NCBI GenBank assembly: GCA_041288095.1
Contig: JBGGMJ010000058.1
Location: 1-49,041, forward strand
Direction: 5' to 3'
DNA: 49,041 bases
DNA from: Myxococcota bacterium
GTDB taxonomy: Bacteria > Myxococcota > XYA12-FULL-58-9 > JALHOP01
Of this stretch, positions 18,663 through 30,552 are shown piece after piece. The position numbers and the translations under genes were made by a program. Numbering within the stretch: the stretch's first letter is position 1; every line of letters begins with the position of its first letter. The notes under the pieces are model-generated. The model saw only the letters and a list, made by a program, of their open reading frames with translations. It did not search any database and had not been told where the DNA came from.

Positions 18663-19440
18663 GCCGTTCCGCCGCCGCGTACACGTTCATCCGGCCGTCG
18701 CGCACGAACCCGGCAAGCAAGATGCCGGACCGCTCGGCGAGCTCGACCGCCAGTGACGTCGGCGCGGAGACCGCGACCACCGCGGGCACGCGAGCAGCCA
18801 CCGCCTTCTGAACAATCTCGAAGGCGACGCGGCCGGAGACGACGAGGAAGGTCTCCTCGAGCGAGCGGCCTTCGAGGAGCGCCCAGCCCATGAGCTTGTC
18901 GACCGCGTTGTGACGGCCGACATCTTCACGCACGGCCAGCACGGCGCCGTCGCGGCTCATCAGCGCCGCGCCATGCACACCTCCACACAGCTCGAAGAGA
19001 TGCTGATGGCACCGCAGGACATCGGGCGCGTTGACGAGCACCTGTGGATCAAAGCTCACATCGGACGTCAGAGGCGCCGCGCACCGCATCGCCGCTTCGA
19101 TGCTCGCCTTGCCGCACACACCGCAGCTCGAGGTCGCGTAAACGTTGCGCTGCAACGACGCGAAATCGATCGCCTTTCCATCCGCGAGCAGAACGCGCAC
19201 GACGTCGTCCGCATCGCGCTCCGAGCAGTGATGCACAGAAGCAATCTCAGCCGCCGATCGCACCACACCTTCGCCGCGCAAGAAACCGACCGCGAGCTCT
19301 TCATCGTGGCCGGGCGTGCGCATGACCACCGCGATGGTGCGCCCTTGCACCTGGATGGCGAGTGGCTCTTCGAGCGCGACCCGGTCGCGGCGACTCCCCT
19401 CGCCGACCCGCAGCACGTCGATGGTGGCAACTTGGCTCAC
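18649..19440 (-). CDS. fdhD: Formate dehydrogenase accessory sulfurtransferase
   Basis: EEPL, MRTPGHD..LAVGFL, SSCGVCG, GGVHGAA, REDVGRHNAVDK, SAPTSLAV. Confidence 0.93.
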   Translation of the reverse strand: MSQVATIDVLRVGEGSRRDRVALEEPLAIQVQGRTIAVVMRTPGHDEELAVGFLRGEGVVRSAAEIASVHHCSERDADDVVRVLLADGKAIDFASLQRNVYATSSCGVCGKASIEAAMRCAAPLTSDVSFDPQVLVNAPDVLRCHQHLFELCGGVHGAALMSRDGAVLAVREDVGRHNAVDKLMGWALLEGRSLEETFLVVSGRVAFEIVQKAVAARVPAVVAVSAPTSLAVELAERSGILLAGFVRDGRMNVYAAAERLSGR

Positions 19441-19508
19441 GGCAAACCTCTTAGAGCGTGGCAAGGTCCTTGCCAAGCGGCCCGCCATGCGTAGACTTCG
19501 GGGCTCCC

Positions 19509-20594
19509 GTGACCAGCATCCTCACGCCGACGCCTGCGAATCTAGCGGCAGCCGCCGAGGCCCTCCTGCGCTCGCGCGTCGTCGCCATTCCCACCGAGAC
19601 CGTCTACGGCCTGGCGGGCGTCGCGTTCGATGAGGTCGCGCTCGCCACCATCTTCACCGTCAAGGAGCGGCCGACCTTCGATCCGCTCATCGTCCACGTG
19701 CCGACACCCCCGGGAGACGCCGATATCCATCTCGCCGAGCTCGGCTTGCTCGACCCGCGCCTGCTCACCCCAAAGGCACGCGAGCGCCTCAACACCCTCG
19801 CGAAGGCTTACTGGCCGGGCCCCCTCACGCTCGTCGTACCTCGGGGGCCACGGGTGCCCGACCTTGTCACCAGCGGGCTCGACACGGTCGCCATCCGCTG
19901 CCCCGGCCATCCCGTCGCACAAGACTTGCTCGCGACGGTGAAGCGCCCGCTCGCCGCGCCGAGCGCGAATCGCTTCGGACGCATCAGTCCGACCACGGCG
20001 GCGCATGTCCTCGAGGAGCTGGGCGGCCGCATCGAGCTCATTCTCGACGGCGGGCCCGCGCACGTCGGTATCGAGAGCGTGGTCGTGGCGGTCAATGATC
20101 CGCCACAGATCCTGCGCCCCGGCAGCATCACCAAGGAGCACCTCGAGACCACCCTCTCGGAGTCGCTCACGGTCGCCATGCCGAACGCGAGCCTCAAGCC
20201 GCAACCATCACCCGGCATGCTCGAGCGTCACTATGCGCCCGGCAAGCGTTTCGTTCGGCTGCCCACACCCGTGTCCTCTTTAGCGGACGCAGCGGCCGCG
20301 AAGCTCAAGAAGCTGGTCGAGGGCGTCGAGGGCCCCATCGCCCTGATCTGCGTGCTGGGCGACGCCCGCGCCGCGGCGACGCGTCTGCGCGAGCTCACCG
20401 GGCGCGACGTCCTCGCCCACAGCCTTTCCCCGGGGGGCGACCCCAACGAAGCCGCGCGCAATCTCTTCCGCACCTTGCGCCTCCTCGACAGCACCGGCGC
20501 CGCGCTTCTCGTCGCCGAGCCATTGCCGACCGCGAGCGGCGTCCTGCTCGCCATCGTCGATCGGCTGAGCCGCGCCACGACGCCGTTGCTCTGA
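19509..20594 (+). CDS. tsaC: L-threonylcarbamoyladenylate synthase (Sua5 type, with C-terminal SUA5 domain)
   Basis: PTETVYGL, KERPTFDPLIVH, WPGPLT, APSANRFG, SPGMLERHYAP. Confidence 0.93.
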   Translation: MTSILTPTPANLAAAAEALLRSRVVAIPTETVYGLAGVAFDEVALATIFTVKERPTFDPLIVHVPTPPGDADIHLAELGLLDPRLLTPKARERLNTLAKAYWPGPLTLVVPRGPRVPDLVTSGLDTVAIRCPGHPVAQDLLATVKRPLAAPSANRFGRISPTTAAHVLEELGGRIELILDGGPAHVGIESVVVAVNDPPQILRPGSITKEHLETTLSESLTVAMPNASLKPQPSPGMLERHYAPGKRFVRLPTPVSSLADAAAAKLKKLVEGVEGPIALICVLGDARAAATRLRELTGRDVLAHSLSPGGDPNEAARNLFRTLRLLDSTGAALLVAEPLPTASGVLLAIVDRLSRATTPLL

Positions 20595-20665
20595 CGCGGC
20601 CGCTGTTACGAAAACGTTGCAGAGCGGGTCTTTCTTTGCACGCCGTTCTGAGGGAGGTCTTTCCC

Positions 20666-21178
20666 ATGCTGAAGACCCTGCTTTGCTCACCGGCTCTCGT
20701 CTGTCTCATCGCCTGCGGCAGCGGCCAAAGCGCCGAACCCGTGCAGGCCGGCACCACGGCCGACATGCTCACCCAGAAAGACGTCATCGAGACGGCCGAG
20801 AGCGCCGGTGCCTTCTCGACGCTGGTGTCGGCCATCAAGGCCGCCGATCTCACGAGCACCCTCAAGGGCCCGGGCCCATTCACCGTGTTCGCGCCGACCG
20901 ACGAGGCCTTCGCGAAGCTGCCACCGGATCAGCTCCAGGCCCTGATGCAGGACAAAGACAAGCTGCGAGCGATCCTCGCCTACCACGTGGTCGCCGGGCG
21001 CGTCAGCGCGCGCGACGTCGCCGGGATGAGCAGCGCCACGACCATGGCGGGCCCCGCGCTCAGCATCGACAGCTCCTCCGGGGTGAAGGTGAACAACGCC
21101 ACGGTCGTGCAGCCCGATGTCATGGCGTCGAACGGCGTCATCCACGTGATCGACACCGTGCTCGTACCAGGAACTTGA
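20666..21178 (+). CDS. Fasciclin (FAS1) domain lipoprotein
   Basis: Lipobox LIAC; GPFTVFAPTDEAF, ILAYHVV, NGVIHVIDTVL. Confidence 0.93.
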   Translation: MLKTLLCSPALVCLIACGSGQSAEPVQAGTTADMLTQKDVIETAESAGAFSTLVSAIKAADLTSTLKGPGPFTVFAPTDEAFAKLPPDQLQALMQDKDKLRAILAYHVVAGRVSARDVAGMSSATTMAGPALSIDSSSGVKVNNATVVQPDVMASNGVIHVIDTVLVPGT

Positions 21179-21236
21179 AAACCAGGCCCTAAACCTACTG
21201 ACGACGCGTAACCAGTGTGATAGCGGGCGCCCGAAC

Positions 21237-23159
21237 ATGAAAATTTCGCAGCCGGATCTTCGTCCGTGGACCGTCGCCGATAGCGCAGAGCTTTACCAAG
21301 TCCGCCCATGGGGCCAGGGCTACTTCAGCATCAGTGACGAGGGTAATCTGCAGCTGCAGAGCGCCGATCATCCGAACCTGCGCGTCGCGCTCATCGACCT
21401 CATCAAGGACATCGAGCAGCGCGGCTACAGCGCGCCGGTGCTGCTCCGCTTCAGCGACATCCTCGATCACCGCGTCAAGCAGATCTTCGGATCCTTCGCC
21501 ACGGCCATCAAGGAGTATGGATACAAGGGCCGCTATCGCGGTGTGTACCCCATCAAGGTCAACCAGCAGCGCCACGTCGTCGAGGAGCTCATCCGTTACG
21601 GCTCGCCGCTCGGGTTGGGTCTCGAAGCCGGCAGCAAGCCAGAGTTGCTGGTCGTGCTCTCGCTGCTCGACAACGCCGAGTCGTTGATCATCTGCAACGG
21701 CTACAAGGACGTCGAGTACATCGAGACCGCGTTGCTCGCGCAGAAGCTCAATCGCAACCCGATTATCGTCGTCGACCGCTTCGAAGAGATCGAGATGATC
21801 ATCAGCGTCTCGAAGCGCCTCGGCATCCGCCCGCACATCGGGGTGCGCGCGCGCCTGGCCACCAAGGGTGCCGGCAAATGGGTCGAGTCGACCGGCGACC
21901 GCAGCAAATTCGGCTTGTCGGCCACGGAGCTCATGCAGGCCGTCAGTCGCCTGCGTGAAGTCGAGATGCTCGATTGCCTCGAGCTCCTGCACTTTCACAT
22001 CGGCTCGCAGATCACCGCCATCCGCGCCCACAAGGACGCGTTGCAGGAAGCGACTCGCATCTTCGTCGAGCTCTCGGCGCTCGGCGCCAGCATGAAGTAC
22101 ATCGACGTCGGTGGCGGTCTCGGCGTCGACTACGACGGCTCGCAGACCAACTTCCACTCGTCGACCAATTACTCGCTCCAGGAGTACGCGAACGACGTGG
22201 TCGCGCAGATCCAGACGGCGTGCGACGAGCGCAACATCAGGCACCCCGACATCGTCAGCGAATCCGGCCGCGCCCTCGTGGCGCACCACGCGGTCCTCGT
22301 GTTCAACGTCTTGGGCGTCAACGAGGTCGTTCCCTCGACCGAGCTGCCGGCGATCACCGACGACGACCACGAGAGCGTGCGCGATCTCGCGGACATCTGG
22401 CGCAACATCACGCGCAAGAACTTCGTCGAGCAGTACCACGACGCGGTCGACCACAAAGAACAGGCCGTCAGCCTGTTCACGCTGGGCTATCTGGACCTCG
22501 CCGGCCGCGCCAAGGCCGAACGCTACTTCTGGGCGTGCTGCGACAAGATTCTGAAGATCGTGCAGGAAGCCGCCTCACACGTGCCCGACGAGGTCGCGGG
22601 CCTCCAGAAGGCCATGGCGGACACCTTCTACTGCAATTTCTCCGTGTTCCAGTCGGCTCCCGACCACTGGGCGGTGAAGCAGCTCTTCCCGACCATGCCG
22701 ATCCACCGCCTGCGCGAGAAGCCGACACGGCGCGCCGTTTTAGCGGACATCACCTGCGACAGCGACGGCAAGGTCGATCAGTTCATCGACCTGCACGACG
22801 TCAAAGAGGTGCTCGAGCTGCACCCGCCGAACGGGCAGCCGTATTACATCGGCATGTTCCTGGTGGGCGCCTATCAAGAGATCTTGGGCGACTTGCACAA
22901 CCTGTTCGGCGACACGACGGCGATTCACGTCACCCTCGACGAGCAGCACGGCTACCGTATCGTCGAGATCGTCGAAGGCGACACCGTCACCGAGGTCTTG
23001 GGCTACGTGCAGTACGAGAAGCCCGAGCTCATGCGGCGCTTGCGCGACCTCACCGAGCAAGCGCTGCGCACCGGCAAGCTCGAGCTCGCGGAGTCCGCCC
23101 TCTTCCGCAAGCGCTTCGAAGACGGCCTCGCCGGCTACACGTACCTCGAAGAAGGCTAG
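21237..23159 (+). CDS. speA: Biosynthetic arginine decarboxylase
   Basis: GVYPIKVNQ PLP-lysine motif, EAGSKPEL, HFHIGSQI, DVGGGLG, DITCDSDG, GAYQEILG. Confidence 0.96.
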   Translation: MKISQPDLRPWTVADSAELYQVRPWGQGYFSISDEGNLQLQSADHPNLRVALIDLIKDIEQRGYSAPVLLRFSDILDHRVKQIFGSFATAIKEYGYKGRYRGVYPIKVNQQRHVVEELIRYGSPLGLGLEAGSKPELLVVLSLLDNAESLIICNGYKDVEYIETALLAQKLNRNPIIVVDRFEEIEMIISVSKRLGIRPHIGVRARLATKGAGKWVESTGDRSKFGLSATELMQAVSRLREVEMLDCLELLHFHIGSQITAIRAHKDALQEATRIFVELSALGASMKYIDVGGGLGVDYDGSQTNFHSSTNYSLQEYANDVVAQIQTACDERNIRHPDIVSESGRALVAHHAVLVFNVLGVNEVVPSTELPAITDDDHESVRDLADIWRNITRKNFVEQYHDAVDHKEQAVSLFTLGYLDLAGRAKAERYFWACCDKILKIVQEAASHVPDEVAGLQKAMADTFYCNFSVFQSAPDHWAVKQLFPTMPIHRLREKPTRRAVLADITCDSDGKVDQFIDLHDVKEVLELHPPNGQPYYIGMFLVGAYQEILGDLHNLFGDTTAIHVTLDEQHGYRIVEIVEGDTVTEVLGYVQYEKPELMRRLRDLTEQALRTGKLELAESALFRKRFEDGLAGYTYLEEG

Positions 23160-23171
23160 CGGCCACGCCCA

Positions 23172-23588
23172 TCAGTGTTGCGGCGGGGCGGAACTGATGT
23201 CCGCCAGGGCCGATGACGGATCGCGCTCCATCGCGAGGTCGCCGAGCGTGACCACCCCCACCGGCTGAGTGCCCTGAACGATGACGATGCGGCGAACGCT
23301 GCGCTCGCGCATGACCTGCACCGCGTCGTCGATCAGGGTGTCGGCGTCCATCATGCACAGCTCATGCGTGCAGATGTCGCCAAGGTGGGTCGTCGCCGCG
23401 TCGCGGTCGTCCGCGACCGCGCGCATGACGATGTCGCGGTCGGTGACGATGCCGAAGCTCCCGTCCTCCTGGACGAGCACGGCACCGATGTCGTTGTCGC
23501 GCATGCACTGCGCCGCCACGCGCACCGTATCAGTCGAACGCAAGATGATTGGGTCACGCGTCATCACTTGTCGCAACAGAGTAACCAT
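23172..23588 (-). CDS. CBS domain protein
   Basis: VMTRDP..., GIVTDRDIV, tandem CBS pair. Confidence 0.88.
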   Translation of the reverse strand: MVTLLRQVMTRDPIILRSTDTVRVAAQCMRDNDIGAVLVQEDGSFGIVTDRDIVMRAVADDRDAATTHLGDICTHELCMMDADTLIDDAVQVMRERSVRRIVIVQGTQPVGVVTLGDLAMERDPSSALADISSAPPQH

Positions 23589-23633
23589 GGCTCCCTCCCA
23601 AAGACGGCTAAGCTAAGGCCGCCAGGAGAGATG

Positions 23634-24344
23634 TCACCACCCCCGCCCGTCCATTCGTCCGAGGATCATCGACGTCCGGCGGGTGACGAAGCGATCGGTC
23701 TCGTTGTTCGCGCGATGCTTTAGCGGACTGGCGATCACCGCCGCCAAGGCAGCCGCCTCTTCGCGCGTCAGCTCCGCCGCCGACTTGGCGAAAGCGTTTT
23801 GCGCGGCCAGCTCGCAGCCGTAGACGCCGGGGCCCCATTCGATGAGGTTCAGGTAGAGCTCGAGGATGCGCGTCTTGCTCAAGGACTCCTCGAGGCGGTG
23901 CGCGATCACCATCTCGCGGAGCTTGCGTAGAGGAGAACGGCTCGGGTTCAGGTAGAGGTTCTTGGCCAGCTGCTGCGTGATGGTGCTGGCGCCACGCAGC
24001 GCCTCACCCTCTTCGATGTCGTGTTGCACCGAGACCTTGAGCTCCTCCCAATCCACGCCTTCGTGCTGGAAAAAGCCGCCGTCCTCGGTGGTGATCACCG
24101 CGTGCACGAGGTGCTCGCTGATATCGCGGAGCGCGATCCACGACGAGCGCACCGCGTACTTCTTCCCTTGGGTAGCCGCCTGCTCCTTGCGCAGCTCCAT
24201 CAGCGCGGTGGTCTTGGGGCGCGTCTTCGCTAGCTCCTTGAGCGCGGCGACCGAGGGCAGACGTAGATAGTCCACCGCCGCGAAGGCGAGCATGCCGGCT
24301 ACGAGGAGAAGGACGACCGTGCGAACGCGCTTGCGCTTCTTCAC
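23634..24344 (-). CDS. mtgA: Monofunctional peptidoglycan transglycosylase (GT51)
   Basis: EDGGFFQHEG, RGASTITQQLAKNL, RKLRE, KTRILELYLN; N-terminal TM; GTG start overlapping the kinase stop. Confidence 0.9.
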   Translation of the reverse strand: MKKRKRVRTVVLLLVAGMLAFAAVDYLRLPSVAALKELAKTRPKTTALMELRKEQAATQGKKYAVRSSWIALRDISEHLVHAVITTEDGGFFQHEGVDWEELKVSVQHDIEEGEALRGASTITQQLAKNLYLNPSRSPLRKLREMVIAHRLEESLSKTRILELYLNLIEWGPGVYGCELAAQNAFAKSAAELTREEAAALAAVIASPLKHRANNETDRFVTRRTSMILGRMDGRGW

Positions 24345-25489
24345 TTCGCTCGAGGTAATCGCACACAGAAGGCGGCGCCGGTAGGCTCCGCGGCCTCGAC
24401 CCAGATGCGGCCCCCGTGCACCTCCACAGCGAGGCGGCAATACGCGAGACCCAAGCCACGACCGGCGCGACGCCCGCGTGTGGCTTCGCGCTCCAGGCGC
24501 ACATACTTCTCGAAGACCTGCTCGCGCATCTCCTCGGGAATGCCGATGCCGTGATCGATGACACGGAACTCCACCGTGTCGTCTTCACCGAGCTTGGCCC
24601 TCAGCTCGACGGCAGCGTTCTGCGGCGAATACTTGAACGCGTTGTCGAGGAGATTCTCGACCAGGCGACGCAACAAGTCAGGGTCGGCGTTCACCTTGGC
24701 GTCTTGCGTATCGAACGAGGTCTCGAGCTTGAGGTTCTTCTCGCTCAGGCGGTAGGTCATCTCGACGCCGATGTTTTTCACCAGCTCGGCCAGATCGATC
24801 GGTTGTGCGTTCGGCACGAGAGCGCCGTCTTCGCTGCGGCTGATGTCGAGGAGGTTCTGCACCATGCGCTGCATGGCGCGGGAAGCTTCGAGAATGTCGT
24901 AGCTCGCGTCGCGCAGCTCGGGCGAAAGCGAGGCTTGGCCGATGAGATATTCGGTGTTGGCGAGGACACTGGCGAGCGGGTTCTGCAAGTCATGCACGAT
25001 GTAGGTGATCGTCTCTTCCTTCTGGCGCTGAGCAACGAAGAGCGCTTCTCGCTGCGAACGGATGAGGTCGTAACCGTTGCGCAAACCCTCCTTGAGCCGC
25101 TTCATCCACACCAGCGAGCGCACGCGCATCAAGAGCTCGGTGCGATTGATCGGCTTGGTGAGGAAGTCGTCGGCGCCCGCCTGCATGGCGTCCTGATGAG
25201 CGCCCATCTCGGAGAGCGCCGTGAGGAAGACGATGGCGGCCTCGGCTCCATGGCGTACCGCGCGCATCCGCCTGCAGGCCTCGAACCCGTCCATCTTGGG
25301 CATGACGACGTCGAGCAGCACCACGTCGGGCATGTTCCGGACAAACATCTCGACGGCTTGCTCGCCGTCCTCGGCGAGCGTTACCGCATAGCCGGCAGCG
25401 GCGAGATGGGCCTCGACCAGCATGCGATTCTGCAGATTGTCATCGACGACCAGAATCTGGCCAATTCGATCACGCTGCTCTGCCAACAT
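24341..25489 (-). CDS. Hybrid response regulator / histidine kinase (REC-HisKA-HATPase)
   Basis: ILVVDD, LLDVVMP, KP; H-box VHDLQNPL; N-box NLLDNAFKY; DHGIG; GLGL. Confidence 0.93.
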   Translation of the reverse strand: MLAEQRDRIGQILVVDDNLQNRMLVEAHLAAAGYAVTLAEDGEQAVEMFVRNMPDVVLLDVVMPKMDGFEACRRMRAVRHGAEAAIVFLTALSEMGAHQDAMQAGADDFLTKPINRTELLMRVRSLVWMKRLKEGLRNGYDLIRSQREALFVAQRQKEETITYIVHDLQNPLASVLANTEYLIGQASLSPELRDASYDILEASRAMQRMVQNLLDISRSEDGALVPNAQPIDLAELVKNIGVEMTYRLSEKNLKLETSFDTQDAKVNADPDLLRRLVENLLDNAFKYSPQNAAVELRAKLGEDDTVEFRVIDHGIGIPEEMREQVFEKYVRLEREATRGRRAGRGLGLAYCRLAVEVHGGRIWVEAAEPTGAAFCVRLPRAK

Positions 25490-25579
25490 TCTTGGTTTTC
25501 CGACCCACGCATTTCACAGCGGATTCGCTGGACTTGATCTGTACCATGGCGTCCGCTGCAAAGTGGAAAAATTTGGAAA

Positions 25580-27145
25580 TCAGTTCTTCCTGTGTCGCGC
25601 CTGTCGTCGGGGCAAACCCTGCATACTGCCTATAGGCACAGAATGGATCCGCTGGAGGCTTTCGTCACGCGAAACGTCATCGCGGACCGCCGAGCCATCC
25701 GCGAGCTCCGCGAGCCAACGCAGCTTTTTGCGGCCGGAGCGCGTGTAGTCGGCATGGAGCTTGGTGGCAGCGTAGCGTGGGATAACCGCCCTCTCCTCGG
25801 TGAGGAATGCGAACACCAAGGAAAACCACCGCTCGAGACTGACGGCGTGCGTGCGCCCGAGCTCGGTGTGTGCCCGATCGGCCAGCCGCATCACCGACGC
25901 GAACGGCGACCCATCGCCCCACAGCAACGGCCGGCTCTCCAGGAAATGTCCGCTATTGCCGATGGCGTCCCAGACCTTGGCGAAGCGTTTCAGGCGCTGC
26001 ATGGTCGCGAACGTGATGACGTCGGTCGAGAGCACCTCGTAGGGCGCTTCGTCCGCGTACACCATGCGATGGCTCTCGGTGTGCCGCGCGATCGGCGCGC
26101 CGCGCAGGCGCTTCAAGATGCCGACCTGGATCTCTTGCGGATCGAGACTCAAGAGGCGGTCGAACCCGGCCGCGAAGCTCTCAAGCGTTTCGCCCGGTAG
26201 CCCCGCGATCAAGTCGGCATGCAGGTGCACGCCCGTGCTCTCGCGCAGATAGCGGAAATTGGCTTCGAGCTTGGCGACATCCTGCCGCCGTCCGATACGA
26301 GCCGCGACCTCGTCGTTGAAGGTCTGGACACCGACCTCGAGCTGCACCGCGCCCGGTGGGAACTGAGCGAGCAAGGCGCGCAGGCTGTCGGGCAAGCGGT
26401 CCGGCACCATCTCGAAGTGGACGAACGAGCCGGGGCGGTAGCGCTCGAGGAAAAACCGCAGGATGGCGCTGCTCACCGCCGGCTTCAGGTTGAAGGTCCG
26501 ATCGATGAACTTGAAATGATCGACACCGCGAGCCATGAGCTTCTCGAGCTCGGGGAACAACCGCTCGAGTGGAACATTGCGGACCCGCTCATCGAGGGAC
26601 GACAAGCAAAACTCGCACGTGAACGGACAACCGCGCGACGCCTCGACGTAAATCACGCGGTGCGCCACGTCGTCGTCATCGTAGTAGGCGTAGGGAAGCT
26701 GCAACGTCGCGAGGTCGGGCAAGCCGCCTGCGTGTGTTTTAGCGGACGGCGGCTCGCCCGCGAGAATCGAGCCGCAGAGCTTGGCAAACGCCTCTTCGCC
26801 CTCACCCGTCACGACGTAGTCGGCGGTCGCGACGATGGGCTGGAGGTCGAGCTCATGGCTCACCTCCGGGCCGCCGATCACCACCTTCACCTCGGGAGCA
26901 ATCTTCTTGAGCACGGTCACGAGCTCGCGCGAAGCCGGCGCGTTCCACACATAGACGCCGATGCCGATGATCTTGGGCGCGTGTGCGAGCAGCTTCTCCG
27001 CCACTTCGACGGCACGGTCGCCGCAGATCGCTTCATCGATGACCGCGCGCTCCCGCAGCTCGCCCAACGACGCAAAGAGACAACGCAGCCCCATCGAGGC
27101 GTGCGCGTACTTGGCGTTGAAAGTCGTCAGGACGATGTCGGTCAT
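25580..27145 (-). CDS. B12-binding radical SAM protein (DUF4080-type)
   Basis: N-terminal cobalamin-binding region GGPEVS..GEGE; CPFTCEFC motif; FIDRTFN. Confidence 0.88.
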   Translation of the reverse strand: MTDIVLTTFNAKYAHASMGLRCLFASLGELRERAVIDEAICGDRAVEVAEKLLAHAPKIIGIGVYVWNAPASRELVTVLKKIAPEVKVVIGGPEVSHELDLQPIVATADYVVTGEGEEAFAKLCGSILAGEPPSAKTHAGGLPDLATLQLPYAYYDDDDVAHRVIYVEASRGCPFTCEFCLSSLDERVRNVPLERLFPELEKLMARGVDHFKFIDRTFNLKPAVSSAILRFFLERYRPGSFVHFEMVPDRLPDSLRALLAQFPPGAVQLEVGVQTFNDEVAARIGRRQDVAKLEANFRYLRESTGVHLHADLIAGLPGETLESFAAGFDRLLSLDPQEIQVGILKRLRGAPIARHTESHRMVYADEAPYEVLSTDVITFATMQRLKRFAKVWDAIGNSGHFLESRPLLWGDGSPFASVMRLADRAHTELGRTHAVSLERWFSLVFAFLTEERAVIPRYAATKLHADYTRSGRKKLRWLAELADGSAVRDDVSRDESLQRIHSVPIGSMQGLPRRQARHRKN

Positions 27146-27191
27146 ACGGTCCGACCGACTACCCCACCGGCAGAGCCTCGTCTATTGGCTG

Positions 27192-29024
<1,833 letters not shown>

Positions 29025-29080
29025 GACGCAGAGTGTAATCGCACATCTAGGCGCTGACAAGATAGAGACGGGCCGCGCTC

Positions 29081-29192
29081 GAGAAAGTTCCTGGTCGATT
29101 CTCGGGGTTACCTGTGGTCGGCGCCGACGACCTCTGCAACCGACGTAACCCCTTGTTTTTCCATGATCCGAGAAAGTTCCTGGGCGATTCTC
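29081..29192 (+). repeat. Direct repeat pair GAGAAAGTTCCTGG(T/G)CGATTCTC (29081-29103, 29170-29192) enclosing inverted repeat GGGGTTAC/GTAACCCC (29104-29111, 29145-29152)
   Basis: 22/23 identical copies read directly; same core as the repeats flanking the transposase. Confidence 0.85.
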
Positions 29193-30160
29193 CGGGCGAG
29201 GCCGATGCCGCCGTAGACGAGCCCGGTGTAGAGCTGGACCAGCGAGGCGCCGGCGCGGAGCTTGGCGTAGGCCTGCTCGCCGGTGGAGACGCCACCGACG
29301 CCGATGAGGGGCAAGCGGCCTTCCGTGAGCTCGTAGACCCGTTTCAAGACCGCCGTGGAGCGCGTGAACAAGGGCTCGCCCGATAGGCCGCCCTGCTCTT
29401 CGCGGGTCCTGCTCTTCAAACCGTCGCGGGACAGCGTCGTGTTGCCGCAGATGAGGCCGTCGATGCGGTGCTCGAGCACGACCTCGCAGATGTCCCGGAG
29501 CTCATCGTCCACGAGGTCGGGCGCGATCTTCACGAGCAAGGGCTTGGTGTCGGCAGCCAGGCGCGTCGCCGCGACCAGCGAGGTCAGCGCCTCGCGGCTC
29601 TGCAAGGCCCGCAACCCGGGCGTATTGGGGGACGAGATGTTGATGACCAGGTAGTCGGCGAGGTCGCGGCCGCGCTCGATGCCGGCGACGTAGTCCGCGA
29701 TAGCGTCTGGTTGATCCTTGTTCTTGCCGAGGTTCAAGCCAACGATGCCGGGCATGCGGCTCGGCGAGGCGAGACGCTCCTCGAGACGCCGCGCCACGCG
29801 CTCGATACCGTGGTTGTTGAAGCCCAAGCGATTGATGACACCTCGGTCCTCGAGGGCGCGGAACATGCGGGGCTTGGGATTGCCGGATTGCGCCTTGGGC
29901 GTGACGCTACCGACCTCGACGAAGCCGAAGCCCTGTTGCAGCACCGGGTCGATGACCTCGGCGTTCTTGTCGAAGCCGGCCGCGAGCCCGATGGGGTTCA
30001 CGAAGGTGAGGCCCCATACCTGGGTTACGAGCCGCTCATCGCCGAAGGGCTCGGGGATCGGCACCAGATGGTTCTTGAGGGCCGTGATGGCGAGGCCGTG
30101 CGCCCGCTCGGAGTCGAGCTGGCGCAAGAGCGGCCACACCAAGCGATAGTAGTCGAGCAC
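29108..30160 (-). CDS. pyrD: Quinone-dependent dihydroorotate dehydrogenase (class 2)
   Basis: NPIGLAAGFDKN, GNPKPRMFR, INRLGFNN, NISSPNTPGLR, LVKIAPD, GGLSG, VQLYT. Confidence 0.96.
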   Translation of the reverse strand: MLDYYRLVWPLLRQLDSERAHGLAITALKNHLVPIPEPFGDERLVTQVWGLTFVNPIGLAAGFDKNAEVIDPVLQQGFGFVEVGSVTPKAQSGNPKPRMFRALEDRGVINRLGFNNHGIERVARRLEERLASPSRMPGIVGLNLGKNKDQPDAIADYVAGIERGRDLADYLVINISSPNTPGLRALQSREALTSLVAATRLAADTKPLLVKIAPDLVDDELRDICEVVLEHRIDGLICGNTTLSRDGLKSRTREEQGGLSGEPLFTRSTAVLKRVYELTEGRLPLIGVGGVSTGEQAYAKLRAGASLVQLYTGLVYGGIGLARRIAQELSRIMEKQGVTSVAEVVGADHR

Positions 30161-30216
30161 GGCGGTGGGTACGTCGCACGACACCGCGCCCGCGACAAGA
30201 CCGAGGAGCCTAGGGC

Positions 30217-30552
30217 CTAACGTCGTTGCGGGCCTTGCGCGCGCACGCCCTGGGGGCGGCGGCGGCGGCCCTCGTTCCATTCGGGCAAGGTGATGCGGCC
30301 GTCACGCGGCTTGGTGTCGAAGTGGCCGATAAAACCATCGGCGACCATGTCCTGGAACATGTTGATGTCGCGGGTATCGAGCACCATGTGCTTGATGTCG
30401 GCGAGCTCGAGATAGGGCCGCACGTCGACGCCACGCGCCCGCGAGACATTGGCCCGCAACGCGGCGAAGTCGTTGTCCGAATTGCCGCTGTAGCGGCGCA
30501 CCGTGGCGTTCATGGCGTTCTCGATGCAGGCTCGGTTGAAGTTGCAGGCCAT
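30217..30552 (-). CDS. Small orphan protein with EF-hand-like loop and basic tail
   Basis: GGGGAG RBS; FDTKPRDGRITLPEW resembles an EF-hand loop; RRRRP tail. Confidence 0.55.
   Translation of the reverse strand: MACNFNRACIENAMNATVRRYSGNSDNDFAALRANVSRARGVDVRPYLELADIKHMVLDTRDINMFQDMVADGFIGHFDTKPRDGRITLPEWNEGRRRRPQGVRAQGPQRR

Noticed and set aside
29081-29192. Mini-CRISPR interpretation of the direct repeat pair
   Set aside because: Only two units, the 66-nt spacer encodes the PyrD C-terminus, there are no cas genes or leader, and the repeat is shared with the transposase flanks
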